Source: Octopus sinensis (lineage: Eukaryota). Taken from it: a stretch of DNA of 64,000 nucleotides. The position numbers were made by a program, and so were the translations under genes. The notes under the pieces are model-generated. The model saw nothing but the letters and a program-made list of their open reading frames with translations, was not told where the DNA came from and searched no databases. Shown one piece after another: positions 39,424-56,520 of the stretch (positions within the stretch are counted from its first letter, which is position 1; the number at the start of each line of letters is the position of its first letter). The stretch lies in assembly GCF_006345805.1 (NCBI RefSeq), contig NC_043008.1:11284001-11348000 (forward strand), written 5' to 3'.

Positions 39424-40269
39424 ATTATTATTAATATTATTATTATTATTTAAGACGTCGCACAGTATCTAATATCATGATGTTGATTGTAGATATTCTG
39501 CGTACCGGAGGTTTCTACTGTCAGCCAATTTACGACAAGGGTCTCAAAGAACCGAAATATCATGGAATTAAACTACAGTAGAGAAATATAGAAAAAAGAA
39601 AATACTTGATGCAGATTCACACATACAGATATACATGGTATTACAAGGAATACGTTGATAATTTTAAAGAATTCTATGAATTTTCATTCAACAAAGGAAT
39701 ATTAGAAATACGAGCTTTTATTAAAAGTTTCAATAAAAGATAGCAGGTGTGGATGTAATAGAATACAGTCGTACGTTGTAATTGAAGACATTAATTAGGA
39801 TAGGTACACAATACATAATTGGAAATGTTAGACTCTTACGGACTATAAAGAAATTGTCTTGAAAAGCCAGTAACATGACAGATATAATAATTGTGTAACC
39901 CATATTTGAGAAAGTAGTGTACTTCAACATAGATTGTTCACGATCATCTTGTGTAACGTGGCCATATGCTTTCATAAGTTAATGTATAGGAACTTTTCGG
40001 AATTAATTTTCGTAATTGTGCAATTTTCATCAGAAAAACTTAGCAATATGTAACTGTTATCTTGCAAAGGATTTCCGTTTGGTGTTAAAATATATTTGTG
40101 CGCGCGCAGACACACGTACACACAGACACATGCTCAGTGTTGTATACTTACACACATATACACACATGCTCAGTGATACACACGCACATGCACAGTGCTA
40201 TATAGACGCGCGCACATATATTTAGACTTATGTGTATATATAGACTGTGTATAATATATATATATATAT

Positions 40270-40362
40270 ATAGGAGAGAAAAATTATAAAAAGGCAGAAT
40301 GCTAAATTAAAGATAAATCTAATAAAAAGGGGTGTATGGAAAGTTAATCCCACAATTTATTG

Positions 40363-40365
<3 letters not shown>
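40270..40365. mobile_element. Short rearranged member of the 28608 family between (TA)n tracts
   Basis: aaaattataaaaaggcagaatgctaaatt...gggtgtatggaaa is joined to cccacaatttattgattt, which is the reverse complement of the 28608 terminus. Confidence 0.7.
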
Positions 40366-40422
<57 letters not shown>

Positions 40423-40844
40423 TATATATATATATATATATATGTATATAGATTTTGTGTGTACGAGCTTATGGATAGTCATGAATCTAATAATAAAGGT
40501 GAGAAAGAGTTCTTGAGACTAATGTTTTATTTACGTTTACTTAAGATGTCTTCCTGCGTGTGTGAATATATGTGTTGTGCCTAGAATGTGTGTGCGATGC
40601 ATGTGAGTACGATGCATATGTGTAAGCGTTTGAAGGTAATTTGTCTATGTACGTGTATACGCGTTCAAAGTCAAATATTTGCAACCATGCTGCTCTTCTT
40701 TCAATCCGGGCTTACAATTTTGAAGACGTGATTGCATGCAACGCTCATTTTACCCATCTTTCGCTTTCCCAGCCTTCCAAAAATGCAACCATGACTATGA
40801 TGCTTTATTTTATACTCCTTTTGATTCTTTATTGATATACATAT

Positions 40845-41100
40845 ACGGTTTGTGTTATAGGCTCCCGATCGTAAGGTCGTGCGTTCGATTCCCGGCGGCG
40901 CGTTGTGTCCTTGTGCAAGTCATTTTATTTCACCTCGTTCCAGTTCGCTCGGCTAGCAAAAATTCACTTGTACCTGTAATTCAAAAGGCCCGCCTTGTCG
41001 TATTGTGTGCCACACTGAATCGGTCTGAGAACTACCTTTGATGGTACGCGTGTCTGTGGAGTAATCAGCCACTTGCACAATAATTTGCGAGCAGGCTGGA
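40845..41100 (+). mobile_element. Family C tRNA-SINE
   Basis: B-box gttcgattcccgg, CORE-like tgtgtccttgtgcaag, body tacctgtaattcaaaaggcc...ctgagaactac...cagccacttgcac. Confidence 0.75.
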
Positions 41101-41209
41101 TTATTGCGGGTGTTACGTTCCCAATCCCCTCGCGATAGATGAGAATCCGCAAAGTAGAAACATTGCTGTATATTTTTCATCATTACTTTTATAATGTGTA
41201 TGTATAATA

Positions 41210-41631
41210 GGCGCAGGAGTGGCTGCGTGGTAAGTAGCTTGCTAACCAACCACATGGTTCCGGGTTCAGTCCCACTGCGTGGCATCTTGAGCAGGTGTCT
41301 TCTGCTATAGACCCGGGCCGACCAATGCCTTGTGAGTGGATTTGGTAGACGGAAACTGAAAGAAGCCTGTCGTATATATATGTATTTATATATATAAGTG
41401 TGTGTGTATATGTTTGTGTGTCTGTGTTTGTCCCCCTAGCATTGCTTGACAACCGATGCTGGTGTGTTTACGTCCCCGTCACTTAGCGGTTCGGCAAAAC
41501 AGACCGATAGAAGAAGTACTGGGCTTACAAAAGAATAAGTCCCGGGGTCGATTTGCTCGACTAAAGGCGGTGCTCCAGCATGGCCGCAGTCAAATGACTG
41601 AAACAAGTAAAAGAGTAAAAGAGTAAAGAGT
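41210..41631 (+). mobile_element. Family B SINE, full length
   Basis: Near-identical to 15501-15903; tail of (aaagagt)n. Confidence 0.92.
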
Positions 41632-41878
41632 ATATTTATTTTATTATAAATGCGAAACAACACCACACGATCGCCTCCTGAATTTCGTTTTCCATACAGC
41701 ATGTGCGATACTTTACTCATCAACGGTACACTTCGTAGTTTTGAAAAATATATTTTAACGAATGTGTTATACAGTGCAGTACTCGACTGTATTTTTATTT
41801 ATTAATATTTTAAATTTTTAGGCGTGAAAATGCTTATTTCACCACAGAAATAATTAAAATCTAAAAGAAATATAAATA

Positions 41879-42276
41879 GGCGCAGTGTGGTAGGTAACTT
41901 GCTTAACAACCACATGGTTCCAGGTTCAGTCCCACTGCGTGGTACTTTGGGCAAGTGTCTTCAACAATAGCCTCAGACGACCAAAGCCTTGCGAGTGGAT
42001 TTAGTAGATGGAAACTGAAAGAAGCCCGTCGTATATATGTATATGTATATATATTTATGTGTGTGTGTTTGTGTGTCTGTGTTTGTCCCGCCCCCAACAT
42101 CGCTTCACAACCGATGCTGCTGTGGCTACGTCCATGTAGCTTAGCGGTTCAGCCAAAAAGAAACCGATAGAATAAGTAGTAGGCTTAGAAAGAATAAGTG
42201 CCTGGGTCGATTTGCTCGACTAAAGGCGGTGCTCCAGCATGGCCGCAGTCAAATGACTGAAACAAGTAAAAGAGTA
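41879..42276 (+). mobile_element. Family B SINE, full length
   Basis: Matches family B consensus. Confidence 0.9.
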
Positions 42277-42412
42277 TCTATCGGCCGCAGAAACACGTAA
42301 TATACTGAGGTGACCACGATATAAATTTACACATGTTATTTCTTTACTGCCCAGAAGGGGCTAAACATAGAGGGGACACGTAATATACTGAGGTGACCAC
42401 GATATAAATTTA

Positions 42413-43316
42413 CACATGTTATTTCTTTACTGCCCAGAAGGGGCTAAACATAGAGGGGACAAACAAGGACAGACGAAGGAATTGAATCGATTACATCGAC
42501 CCCAGTGCGAAACTGGTACTTTATTTATCGACCCCGAAAGGATGAAAGGCAAAGTCGACCTCGGCGGAATTTGAACTCAGAACGTAACGGCAGACGAAAT
42601 ACCTATTTCTTTATTACCCACAAGGGGCTAAACACAGAGGGGACAAACAAGGACAGACATAGGTATTAAGTCGATTACATCGACCCCAGTGCGTAACTGG
42701 TACTTAATTTATCGACCCCAAAAGGATGAAAGGCAAAGTCGACTTCGGCGGAATTTGAACTCACAACGTAACGCAGACGAAATACCGCTAAGCATTTCGC
42801 TCGGCGTGCTAACGTTTCTGCCAGCTCGCCACCTTTAAAATATATATTTCTTTACTACCCACAAGGGGCTAAACACAGAGAGGACAAACAAGGACAGACA
42901 AAGGGATTAAGTCGATTATATCGACCCCAGTGCGTAACTGGTACTTAATTTATCGACCCCGAAAGGATGAAAGGCAAAGTCGACTTCGGCGGAATTTGAA
43001 CTCACAACGTAACGCAGACGAAATACCGCTAAGCATTTCGCCCGGCGTGCTAACGTTTCTGCCAGCTCGCCGCCTTTAAAATATATATTTCTTTACTACC
43101 CACAAGGGGTTAAACACAGAAGGGACAAACAAGGACAGACAAACGGATTAAGTCGATTATATCGACCCCAGTGCGTAACTGGTACTTAATTTATCGACCC
43201 CGAAAGGATGAAAGGCAAAGTCGACCTCGGCGGAATTTGAACCCAGAACGTAACGACAGACGAAATACCGCTAAGCATTTCGCCCGGCGCGCTAACGTGT
43301 CTGCCAGCTCGCCGCC
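42413..43316 (-). repeat. Head-to-tail array of four family A SINE units
   Basis: Units at ~42420-42603 (5'-truncated), 42604-42835, 42845-43077 and 43085-43316. Preceded by a direct repeat of ~83 bp (42293-42375, repeated from 42376). Confidence 0.9.
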
Positions 43317-44195
43317 TTTACACATATTAGCCAGAAGAATCGGCGATGTACTGAGGGCGCCATAGGTGAACCGCAATATGTCGAGTGATTACTGTACGGT
43401 AAAACATAAACATACGTGGATATATAATAAGCGCATACACATGAACGACTGTGTATGTGCGTATGTATACGCATGTGTATAGTTGTGGGGGCTATGAAAT
43501 ATACGTGGCTGTGTGTGTGTGTAGTTCGAAGGTGATTGCAAAAAAAATGTTACTGGTCAGTAATCTTCCTCGACTGTTAGTTTTCCCAGAAAAAATAAGT
43601 AAAAAAATACAAACTTGCATCTACGTCTGAAGCCTACATTTAATAGACTTTGCTGTTCACATGTCTAAAACTACTGCTGCTAGTTATTTATTATTCATAG
43701 CTGGCATTAACCTCTAAGGAACGGTAGTGCCTGATGAAGAGATATTATATAATGCTTGCATGAAGAGGAAATGCTTGCAGTGCTAAGAAGTTCAAGAACG
43801 AGATACCAACCAGCTATTAAGAAACTGTAACGCACACACAACCTTTTCTGACTTTCAGTCTTTTTCTTCTTTTTTGTTGCCTATCCCCTTTTTTCCCTTG
43901 CACGTAGGTGAGTTCTTGTGCGTGTATCTGTGTGCATGTGTGTGTGTGTGTGTGCGAATGTGTGCGCTTTGTCATGTTCAGTAAACATACTTTATTTACA
44001 CTTATATATATATATACATACGACAATCGCATATATATATATAGATGCACACTCACACGTATGCATATAGGCATGGGTATGCGACAACAAAAATAGTAAA
44101 TTGTATATACAAGCATAGTTGTATATCGAAGTAAATATACAGCATACATGCATATGTACTTACACACATACCTACGCACTCACTCACACACACAT

Positions 44196-44226
<31 letters not shown>

Positions 44227-44702
44227 CATATCTATATGCATGTATATATATATAAATATAATATATATATATATATATTATATATATATAAACATATGTG
44301 TGTACATCTATCAGTATATATATATATACGTATACACACATGCATACAAACACACACATATATATATATATATAATAACTTAAATAATGCACATGTATGC
44401 ATGCATTTTTGTGTGCAACTAAGTGTGTATCTGTGTACATAGAGAAGTATGGGTGTATTTTATACGAACAGTCGTTCAAGGAATACCAAACATTCAGCTA
44501 TTTCTATGACTATGCCAATTCCAATGTTAACGCAGCAAATCTAATCAGTAGCACCAGATTGGTAATCCACTCTATATTCTACGCCATATATCTGTATATA
44601 TGCGTCGAGAGGCGGAGAGAGGGAGAGAGGCAGAGAGCGAGAAAGAGAGGGGGAGAGAGACACTCGCACAATATATATGTATGTATGTATATAATATATA
44701 TA

Positions 44703-44770
<68 letters not shown>

Positions 44771-45032
44771 AATATATATATATAAGCAAGAATAAATCTT
44801 TGAGCGAGGTATATACCTCACAATATATATATATGTATATATATATATGTAAAGTGTACACAACACACGCACACTCAAGCATACACGCATATATATATAT
44901 ATATCCTTGTATACGGACCCACATAACTCAACGTATGTATTTTACACGCGTGTTCATATGTATTTCTACGTCGGTATATGCATACACATGCATACTCAAA
45001 CGCACGCAACACACACATACGTACATATGTAC

Positions 45033-47775
<2,743 letters not shown>

Positions 47776-47918
47776 ATACACAGACACATAAATACATATG
47801 TGGGATGAGACTGTGCGTGTACGTGTATATAGAATTGCATTTATACATACATACATGTACATATATATATATTAGTATATATTTATATTTTTTATAATGC
47901 ATAAACATGTCTATATAT

Positions 47919-47952
<34 letters not shown>

Positions 47953-47987
47953 TTATATATATATATATATAATAATATATATATTTG

Positions 47988-48030
<43 letters not shown>

Positions 48031-48444
48031 AGTGCAGTGTGAATGTGCGTACAGTTCTTCTATAAATATCTGAATATACGTATAGTCGTCCAATTCGTCC
48101 AAAATATGCTTATCTGTAACTATGTCTTTCTATATGAATTTATTTAGTTACATTTTTATATAGATACATATAGGTATACATACGTAATGATAAATATAGT
48201 AGTATATGATTCATTCCAGGGTGTTACAAGTTCAGAAGTAGCTATGTCCGACCGCTTAGAATAAGGAACTCAAAATTAAGTTGCTAAATGAATAAAAATA
48301 TTTTATCAATAATCGTTGGTCCGGCGAAATATATTGTGTAGGACCAGCGATTCTGGATGAAATATTCTTGTTTATGAACACATCCATACGTATATATGTA
48401 TATATGCGCGTGACTGAAAGGTTGCGTATGAAGGGATATATATT

Positions 48445-48670
48445 GTGTTTCTTTCGCCTTTACGTTTTCAGTTCAAATTCCGCCGAGGCCGACTTTGCCT
48501 TCCATTGTTTCTGGATCGAAAAGCTAAGTATAATTTGATTACTGGGGTCAGTGTAATGGACTAGCCCTCTCCCGGAAGTTGCTTCCTAACCACATGGTTC
48601 CGAGTTCAGTCCCACTGCGTTATACGTTCGGCAAGTGTCTTCTACTATATCCTCGGGCCTACCAAAACCT
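48445..48670 (+). mobile_element. Family A SINE body followed by family B SINE 5' part
   Basis: ttcaaattccgccgaggccgactttgcc... then cttcctaaccacatggttccgagttcagtcccactgcg. Confidence 0.75.
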
Positions 48671-48679
48671 TGGGAGAGG

Positions 48680-48725
<46 letters not shown>

Positions 48726-48796
48726 TACATGTACTTCCCGTTCTATAGACGTAAAGTAAATCTATTTTCATTACTGTCTATGTATGTCATTTTATT

Positions 48797-49165
48797 CTTC
48801 TACTTGTTTTAGTGACCATGCTGGAGCACCGCTTTAAACGGTTTTAGTGAAAAAATCGGCCGAAGGACCTATTCTTGGTGAGCCTTGCACTTTTTCTATT
48901 GATCTCTTTTGTCGAACCGCTGCCTTACAGGGACGTAAACACACCAACATCGGTTGTCAAGCGATGGTGGTGGGAGACAATCAGGGATATAAATATATAC
49001 ATATACACATCCGACAGGCTTTTTTCAGTTTCCGTCCAACAAATCAACTCAAAACAATTTTGTCGCCCCAGGTAATAGCAGAAGACAATTGCCCACTGCG
49101 TGAAATATTGAACCCGGAACCAGGTTGTTGGGAAAGAAGCTTGTTATCACATACCCATGCCCGAT
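48797..49165 (-). mobile_element. Degenerate family B SINE
   Basis: ccatgctggagcaccgc...gaaccgctgccttac...aacccggaacc. Confidence 0.8.
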
Positions 49166-52100
49166 TTTATAAATCTTTATCCACGTATCAATTTACATCA
49201 CTCTGATTATGTATCCGTGCTCTCCTATATATAACAATATATATGATTTATTTTCTTAAGATTTATTATATAACACATTTGATACAATCTACTTCAACAC
49301 TTTTCCCGAACTCAACAGTCAAATCATCCCAAACCTTTTAAATTTTGGGATCAATCATTTTAGGATTTAAAATATTTCGCCTGTTTCTTTTTTCGCTTTT
49401 TTTTCTTTTTAAATCCTCCAATTTATTTCTTTCCCCTCTCTGCCTGTGTCTACCTCTCTCTCATTCACTATGAGCAAATTTCTGCACATCACCTAAATTT
49501 TCTTTCTCTATGATATATCTTCAAATAGATGCTATCGTTTTGTATTCGGTATATAAATATGCGCGTGATTATACGTATTTCCGAGTTCATACGCATCTGA
49601 TTAATGACAATATTTCGTAAATTATAAGAGCAGAAATATTTGATGCAGAAAACGAATTATGTGTTCTTGCATTTTTGTAAAGAGTAAATCTATATGTTTA
49701 TTTTACATACAAAATATTGATGGGAAAATGCAGCATCAGGTATATTTAATTCAGAATGTTCTCGGATTAGGAAAAATATTTCATCTAATATTATTTTAAT
49801 ATAGTGTAAATTACATTAGTTTTCAAATGTAAACATGTGACATGCGTTTTTCCAATATGTAGCTGAAATATCAATGTTGTGTAGAAATTAGCTTCCTCGA
49901 ATCTTCATTTCTTGCTTTATAGTTTTGTTTAAAATAATATGGATTTGCAGGATGTTTCGTTGCTGTGCTTTTTTGTTCCACTTCAATAACGGTCCTCAGT
50001 ACACTTCAGCGATTTTTTCCCTGGATGCAGATAGCATTTTGATATGTTGTTTTAGGTATCTCTCGCTCATACATACGCACAAACATCCACATATGTTGTG
50101 CGTATATGTGAATGTATATCTGCGTGTGCATGTATGAATTCATCTATGCACTTCCACGGTCCCCAGAAGTTCCAGAATTCGAATTGAGCCTAAAGCTCTA
50201 TTCAAAGATGAGGGTGCGAACCCCGGCGTGCAGACGCAGTCAGAACGTCTCCTATATACATTCCTCCTAGCTATGGCTTCGTCGCCTCTGCTGCAGTTGT
50301 CCATGTTGCTTCTTATAGCCTTTAGAGAGTGTCGGCATTTAGATACATGTAGACAATCATCATAATACAGGTAACTCTTTGCCAGTATCTAGATGGTTTC
50401 CAGTCCTTCATGTCAGCTGACGTTTTCTCAGCTACAACTGAATTATTCTCCAACGTCTTTGAATTCTAAAATACATCATGCTGTTCCTGAAAAGAGAAGG
50501 AACCATAAATAATCGTCGACAAATTTAGCCTGAATACCCTGTATATATGTGTATGTATGCACATATTAACGTATATATATAAATATGTGCACGCATGTAT
50601 GTATGTAGTATGTATGTATGTATGTATGTATGTATTATGTATGTATGTATGTATGTATGTATATGTATGTATGCATGTTGGTATGTATGTATGTATCTAA
50701 ATATAATATCCAGTCAATAAATATAAACCTGATTTTAAATCACTATAAGACCTTGTGCGGATTTATATCAGCAAACGATTCACATATTATCAGCCAAATG
50801 TCCAATTTCTGCTGACAGGACCATGTCACATTCCCGGTTAGAACCAACACGAACCAATGACTGGTCACTTGGAAACTATCGCTAATGCTGCTATTCTCTA
50901 GAAATAGCTACCTAGATAAATACCGATTCTGAATAAAATTCATTTACATATTTACCTATATTAATGCTTTCATTATGACCAATGTAATACCCGACGGATT
51001 CTATCCATTAAAAAAAAAATATATATTTGTTTCGGTATCTCTTTCAAAACTCAATATATTTTGAAAGACACCCGTTAATTATATTAGTTGAACTGTATGT
51101 GCTCTTTTAAAGAAGGCACGTTTAATGAAGTTGCATTATTCACAACAATTTTACTTAGCCTTATTGTATTTAGAACTAAAATATTTGCTTTAAATGTACT
51201 CAGATAGCTAATAGTATATGATACAACCATGACGTAACGGCAGAAATCTTATTAGATTAACAATAGGTTTATAATAAATACCGCATCATGTACAATCTTA
51301 CATATAAAAAACATGATTTTGTCTTATATTCCCTTAACTTCGAAATTATTTCCATAACTTATTTATCTCGTTAGTACCATATACCGGCATCTTCAAGATG
51401 TTTCACGGATATAATTTCAATATATATTCATAAGAATTAACATAATCTATTTGCAACGTTATAAAATTATATCCTCTTACGTCGGTAGACTGTAATTTTA
51501 CTTTATCCAATTAGTTTATCCTATTTTATTCGGAGATTAATTTGAGATGATGCTGAGAATTTTATTTCATGTGTATTGTAATGAAGTAATACTAATGAAG
51601 CATTATACTTGAAGTATATATATTTTTTATCTCACAAGCTTTCATTCAGTAGATAACTGTGTTTAAAAAGCTGATCTCATGAATTATTCTTCAATTCAGA
51701 AGCAAAACTGCGAAATCGGCTTGCAGAATAGCAAAATAATGGTATAGTTGCATTCTCTTTTATTGTTGTTAGGAGGTCACAGGTCAGCCCCGAATCTTTG
51801 AATCTTGTTTAACTCATAAACGGCAGGAAATGGTTTAATGTTGGACAAAAACAATGCAGGCCCCAAACAAAAATGTAGCCAATGTTTCTTAAGGGTACTT
51901 TATATAGTTACCTTTACTTCAAATAATTACAAAAAACTATAATAATTGTTAGCTTTTTCCACAATTAAATTTACAATTCATTATCAAAATGTGACATAAA
52001 ATATTCACTTTCCTTTGATGATGAACGCATCCATCCAAGATATTTGAAAGGATGATGTATGCTGTTCTGTACTGATACATGCACCAATTGATGATGTCCA

Positions 52101-52646
52101 CAATTTAAGGGTTAACATGTGACCACCAAATTTGATTTTCAGACTTAATGTCTCCCCTCACTTTAAGATGATTAGGTCTGATTAAAACGACATTTTCCTG
52201 CTCTGCAAAATATGATGCGGCAAAGTAGAGGCGCACGTGTTAACAGATTTTGACAGATATGCTGGTTGGTTCAATTTGTATTCTTACTGATAAGTTTGAT
52301 TAAATGCCAAAGTTATCAGAAATGAAAGTATATTTCCAAAATACTTCTCTTTCACTAGAAAATGTTGCCCGCAATGAAATGATAAATGACAACCTCATCA
52401 TGCAATACTTTTAAGCACCAATACAGCAGTTGTCGTTTTGATAATATTTTAATTGCAGGAAGGTGACAGATGATGAATACGTCTGCTAATATTGCTAATG
52501 CTTGCTATAAGCAATAAGTAGATTAATATTTGAATAAATTTTTAACGAATAAATTCCTGTCGATTGTATATGATTCACGCATTTAATGATTCTTCTTTCG
52601 CCAATTTCTACTTATGTATTTCCAAGAATATCGCTAACAACTGATT

Positions 52647-52699
<53 letters not shown>

Positions 52700-53679
52700 C
52701 TTTCAACTTGATTGTTAAAAATGCCGATAATTCGCGCTAAAGTAATGTATATTAAGCATGGATATACAGTATACTATATACACATAAATACACACATTCG
52801 CACACTGACACAGACGTATGTATGTATGTATACAAATACATACATACATACATATATATATATTATATAATATATATTATATATATATATTATGAAATTA
52901 CGTATGCACTTATATATATACACTCCTTCTCAAATACACATGCTCCGTGATCAGCACAATTCAAAGTGATTACTCACATAATTAATCTTTATACATTCCA
53001 TTAAATTCGAACGTAAATATGCTAGTTATTTTGTTGATGAACAGGTCGCAGTCTCAAAGTGACGTAAATATTTCAAACAAATTAAATTTAAATGTTGAAG
53101 TGAATCTAACGGATTTTGTGTGTTTCTTAAATGGCTTATAAACACCTTCCACGCTGCGATTGTTTTCGTGCCATCACATGATCTCAGATCAGGTTATTTG
53201 CTATGCAAGTACATCTCCGTAATCCCGAAAGCTTGAGCTAGGCTACCAAAACTCTGAGGAAATACGTTACTTGTTGCTTGAGAAAAATAAGAGCTAAGCA
53301 ACAGCTCTTGAAAAATATTTTAACATTTAGAGATATAAGTTTCAAGGCGGGAATTTTATTAAAGTATTTACATGTCAGAAAACATTTACAGAATATTCGT
53401 GCATCACTGTCATTCCACGATATCAAGGTGGTTTCTTTACATGTCTCAGGAATATACTACGAAGCTTACCAGAAATGATGTTTCTTGGTAGACGAGGTAG
53501 AGTGGAATATAATTTGAATCATACTGAATACTTACATTCTCCAAGGAATTTATGGACCATCTCTGTCATCCTTAACTCTACCTATTTACCATCAGACCCT
53601 CAACAAAATTGGCATAACCATACTAAGGCAGCACGCGAGAAACCCCGAATACCAGATCGACCATACGATGTATCTTATC

Positions 53680-53682
<3 letters not shown>

Positions 53683-53710
<28 letters not shown>

Positions 53711-53733
53711 CATACATACATACATACATACAT

Positions 53734-53764
<31 letters not shown>

Positions 53765-53867
53765 TACATACATACATGCATACATGCATACATGCATACA
53801 TATATACATACATACATACATGCATACATGCATACATGCATACATGCATACATAAATACACACACAT

Positions 53868-53904
<37 letters not shown>

Positions 53905-53905
53905 A
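53683..53905 (+). repeat. (TACA)n/(TACATGCA)n/(CA)/(TA) compound microsatellite
   Basis: Directly visible. Representative of many similar tracts (e.g. 2105-2215, 6880-7030, 11140-11620, 19950-20070, 44690-44790, 54990-55320, 61140-61250, 61680-61950). Confidence 0.95.
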
Positions 53906-53991
53906 TGCAATAAATAAAGTTGTTATTGCTGCTCATGTTATGTGAATTGTTATTACGCAGACACACACAACCAAAAAATGCAACACACACA

Positions 53992-54043
<52 letters not shown>

Positions 54044-54045
54044 GG

Positions 54046-54077
<32 letters not shown>

Positions 54078-55203
54078 AAAGAGAGAGAATACTTTTATAT
54101 ACATGAGTATGTTTATGTATGTATATGAGTGCTTTTGTATACATGTTTCCGTGTTTCTATTTGTTTATGTGTTTTGTTAATATGTTAGTTTGGAGTCCAT
54201 TTTGTTTCAGTTTTCTCAAGTGAAATAACTTCACCATAATCCTAGAGATAACTGCAATTGCGTGATATGTGCTTGTATGTGTGTGTGTGTCTGTGAGCGT
54301 GTGTGTGTGTGAGTGCAGTGAGCGTGCGTATGCGTTTGTCTGTATTGCGTTTGTGTGTTTCTATGTGTGTGTGAATGCCTGTGTTCGTGTGTTTGTATAT
54401 ATATCCATATCCATATATGTCTACATGTCTGCATGTACATGTGTATGTTAAATGGAAAAATGAAAGACATTTTAAATAAATCTTAAAAAGTCTCACAACT
54501 TTTACAGATTTCGCCTATCAGTTAGTGAAGATTATAAGAGTTCGTTTTACTGCATTTTTGAATAGAAAATCTAATACGTGAAAAACTCAATCTTAAGCTT
54601 AAGCAATGATGGCAGTAATTATATAATAACAAGTTAACAATTTTTATTTCCGAAATTATAATTATCGTTTCAATTTTAACGGTTATTGTTGTTTTTATAG
54701 AATAAATATATATCATTGATATAAGTTTTCTACTTCACCATTTTTATTTTATTTTATAATTTGTTAAATTAAATATTTCGTTTCTTTTTTTCTCTTTCTT
54801 CTCGATGGTATGTGTTTGCTCGGATTTTCTTTACGGGCAAAACATTGGAAATAAAATATAAAAGAAAGCAGGTTTTGATATTTACGCAACTGCATGAAAT
54901 AGAGATAAAATTAAATATGCCTATACTTTCACATACATATTCCAAGCACATACAGACATGCCTATGTGTATGTGCGTGTGTGTATATGTATATGTTATGT
55001 ATATGTATATATAATATATATATATGTTAGTATATGTGTGTGCATATATATATTATTGTATATACATATATATATGCATGTAAGTATATATGTGTGCATA
55101 TATATATATTTATTATATATATATTATATTTATATATATATATATATGTATGTATGTGTGCATATATATATTTATTATATATATATATATAAATATATAT
55201 ATT

Positions 55204-55236
<33 letters not shown>

Positions 55237-56084
55237 GCATATATATTTATATTTATATTATATTATATATATACTATATATAATTTTATATATACATATA
55301 TGTATATATATATATGTGTGTGGCGTGCCTATATATATGTATTCATGTAGCGTTCTCATCATACATCTACACACAGATGCATGCAATATATATGTGGTGT
55401 GTATAGTTATCGTAATATATACATAGTTATAGTTGAACTTTATGTGTATTATTATTTAAATGTATATATATATATATATATATATATATTAGTGTATATG
55501 GAGAATTGGAGTTATTTTGGATTCATGTTTTTCAATATTTAAAGAATTTTTCTACTATAATATAGGAAATAGAGATACATGAATTAAATACATATTAGAA
55601 AAAAAATTACCTGATCGTCTTCTCATCATCAGATGTTATTTTATATGTCATTGATATAAGTGCTGTAGATAGTGAATAAAGTATATCCTTTAATAACTAT
55701 TTTGTGCATAGTGAATATTTTGAATGTTAAAGTTTTTGTTATGGATTTTAGTTAGCGTTGTCAGTTGAAATTGACTTTATATACTATAAAAGAGCGATGA
55801 AATCCGTAGAACTGAATCACGGCATCATGAATTTGTTCAATATAAAAACATTATTACTACTGGCGATGGACGTCCGTTGATCGACGATGAGGGTTCGATT
55901 GTTTAATCAACTAAATATCTTGCTAGTTAGTAACTTGTAAGAAACTGAGTATTTCACGAACGCATGTATTCTTAACGGTATACTCAGCCGTGTTTCAAGA
56001 CCACCTTTCACATTTTCGATAAAATTCCTCCTGGGTTTCTATACATTTTCTGTCAACCAAATTCCAATCACAGGATATAATTAA

Positions 56085-56520
56085 ATTCTTTATTGCCCAG
56101 AAGGGGCTAAACAAAGAGGGGACAAACAAGGACAGACAAATGGATTAAGTCGATTATATCGACCCCAGTGCGTGACTGGTACTTATTTAATAGACCCCGA
56201 AAGGATGAAAGGCAAATTTAACCTCGACAGAATTTGAACTCAGAACGTAGCTGCAGGTGAAATACCTATTTCTTTTCTACCCACGAGGGGATAAACACAG
56301 AGAGGACAAACAAGGACAGACGAACGGAGTTAGTCGATTATATCGACCCCAGTGCGTAACTGGTACTTATTTAATCGATCCCGAAAGGATGAAAGGCAAA
56401 GTCGACCACGGCGGGATTTGAACTCAGAACGTAGCGGCGGACGAAATACCGCTAAGTATTTTGCCCGGCGTCCTAACATTTCTGCCAGCTCACTGCCTTC
56501 TACAAGCTCGCCGCCTTTCC
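56085..56520 (-). mobile_element. Dimeric family A SINE
   Basis: Full unit 56266-56520 joined to a 5'-truncated unit at the junction gaaatacc|tatttctt, the same junction as at 42600. Confidence 0.85.

Noticed and set aside
42413-43316. Regularly spaced repeats resembling a CRISPR-like array
   Set aside because: Units are ~240-bp SINE copies with no unique spacers, no cas genes, and a eukaryotic context.
43725-43790. CTGATGA...GAAA hammerhead candidate
   Set aside because: No convincing stem II and no NUH triplet in register with stems I and III.
50150-50480. Possible second mariner 5' end
   Set aside because: Only vague TIR and VSRWF similarity; insufficient support.
51990-52450. Stop-poor minus frames including an FKYLG word
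   Set aside because: No consistent RT motifs in register; chance match cannot be excluded.
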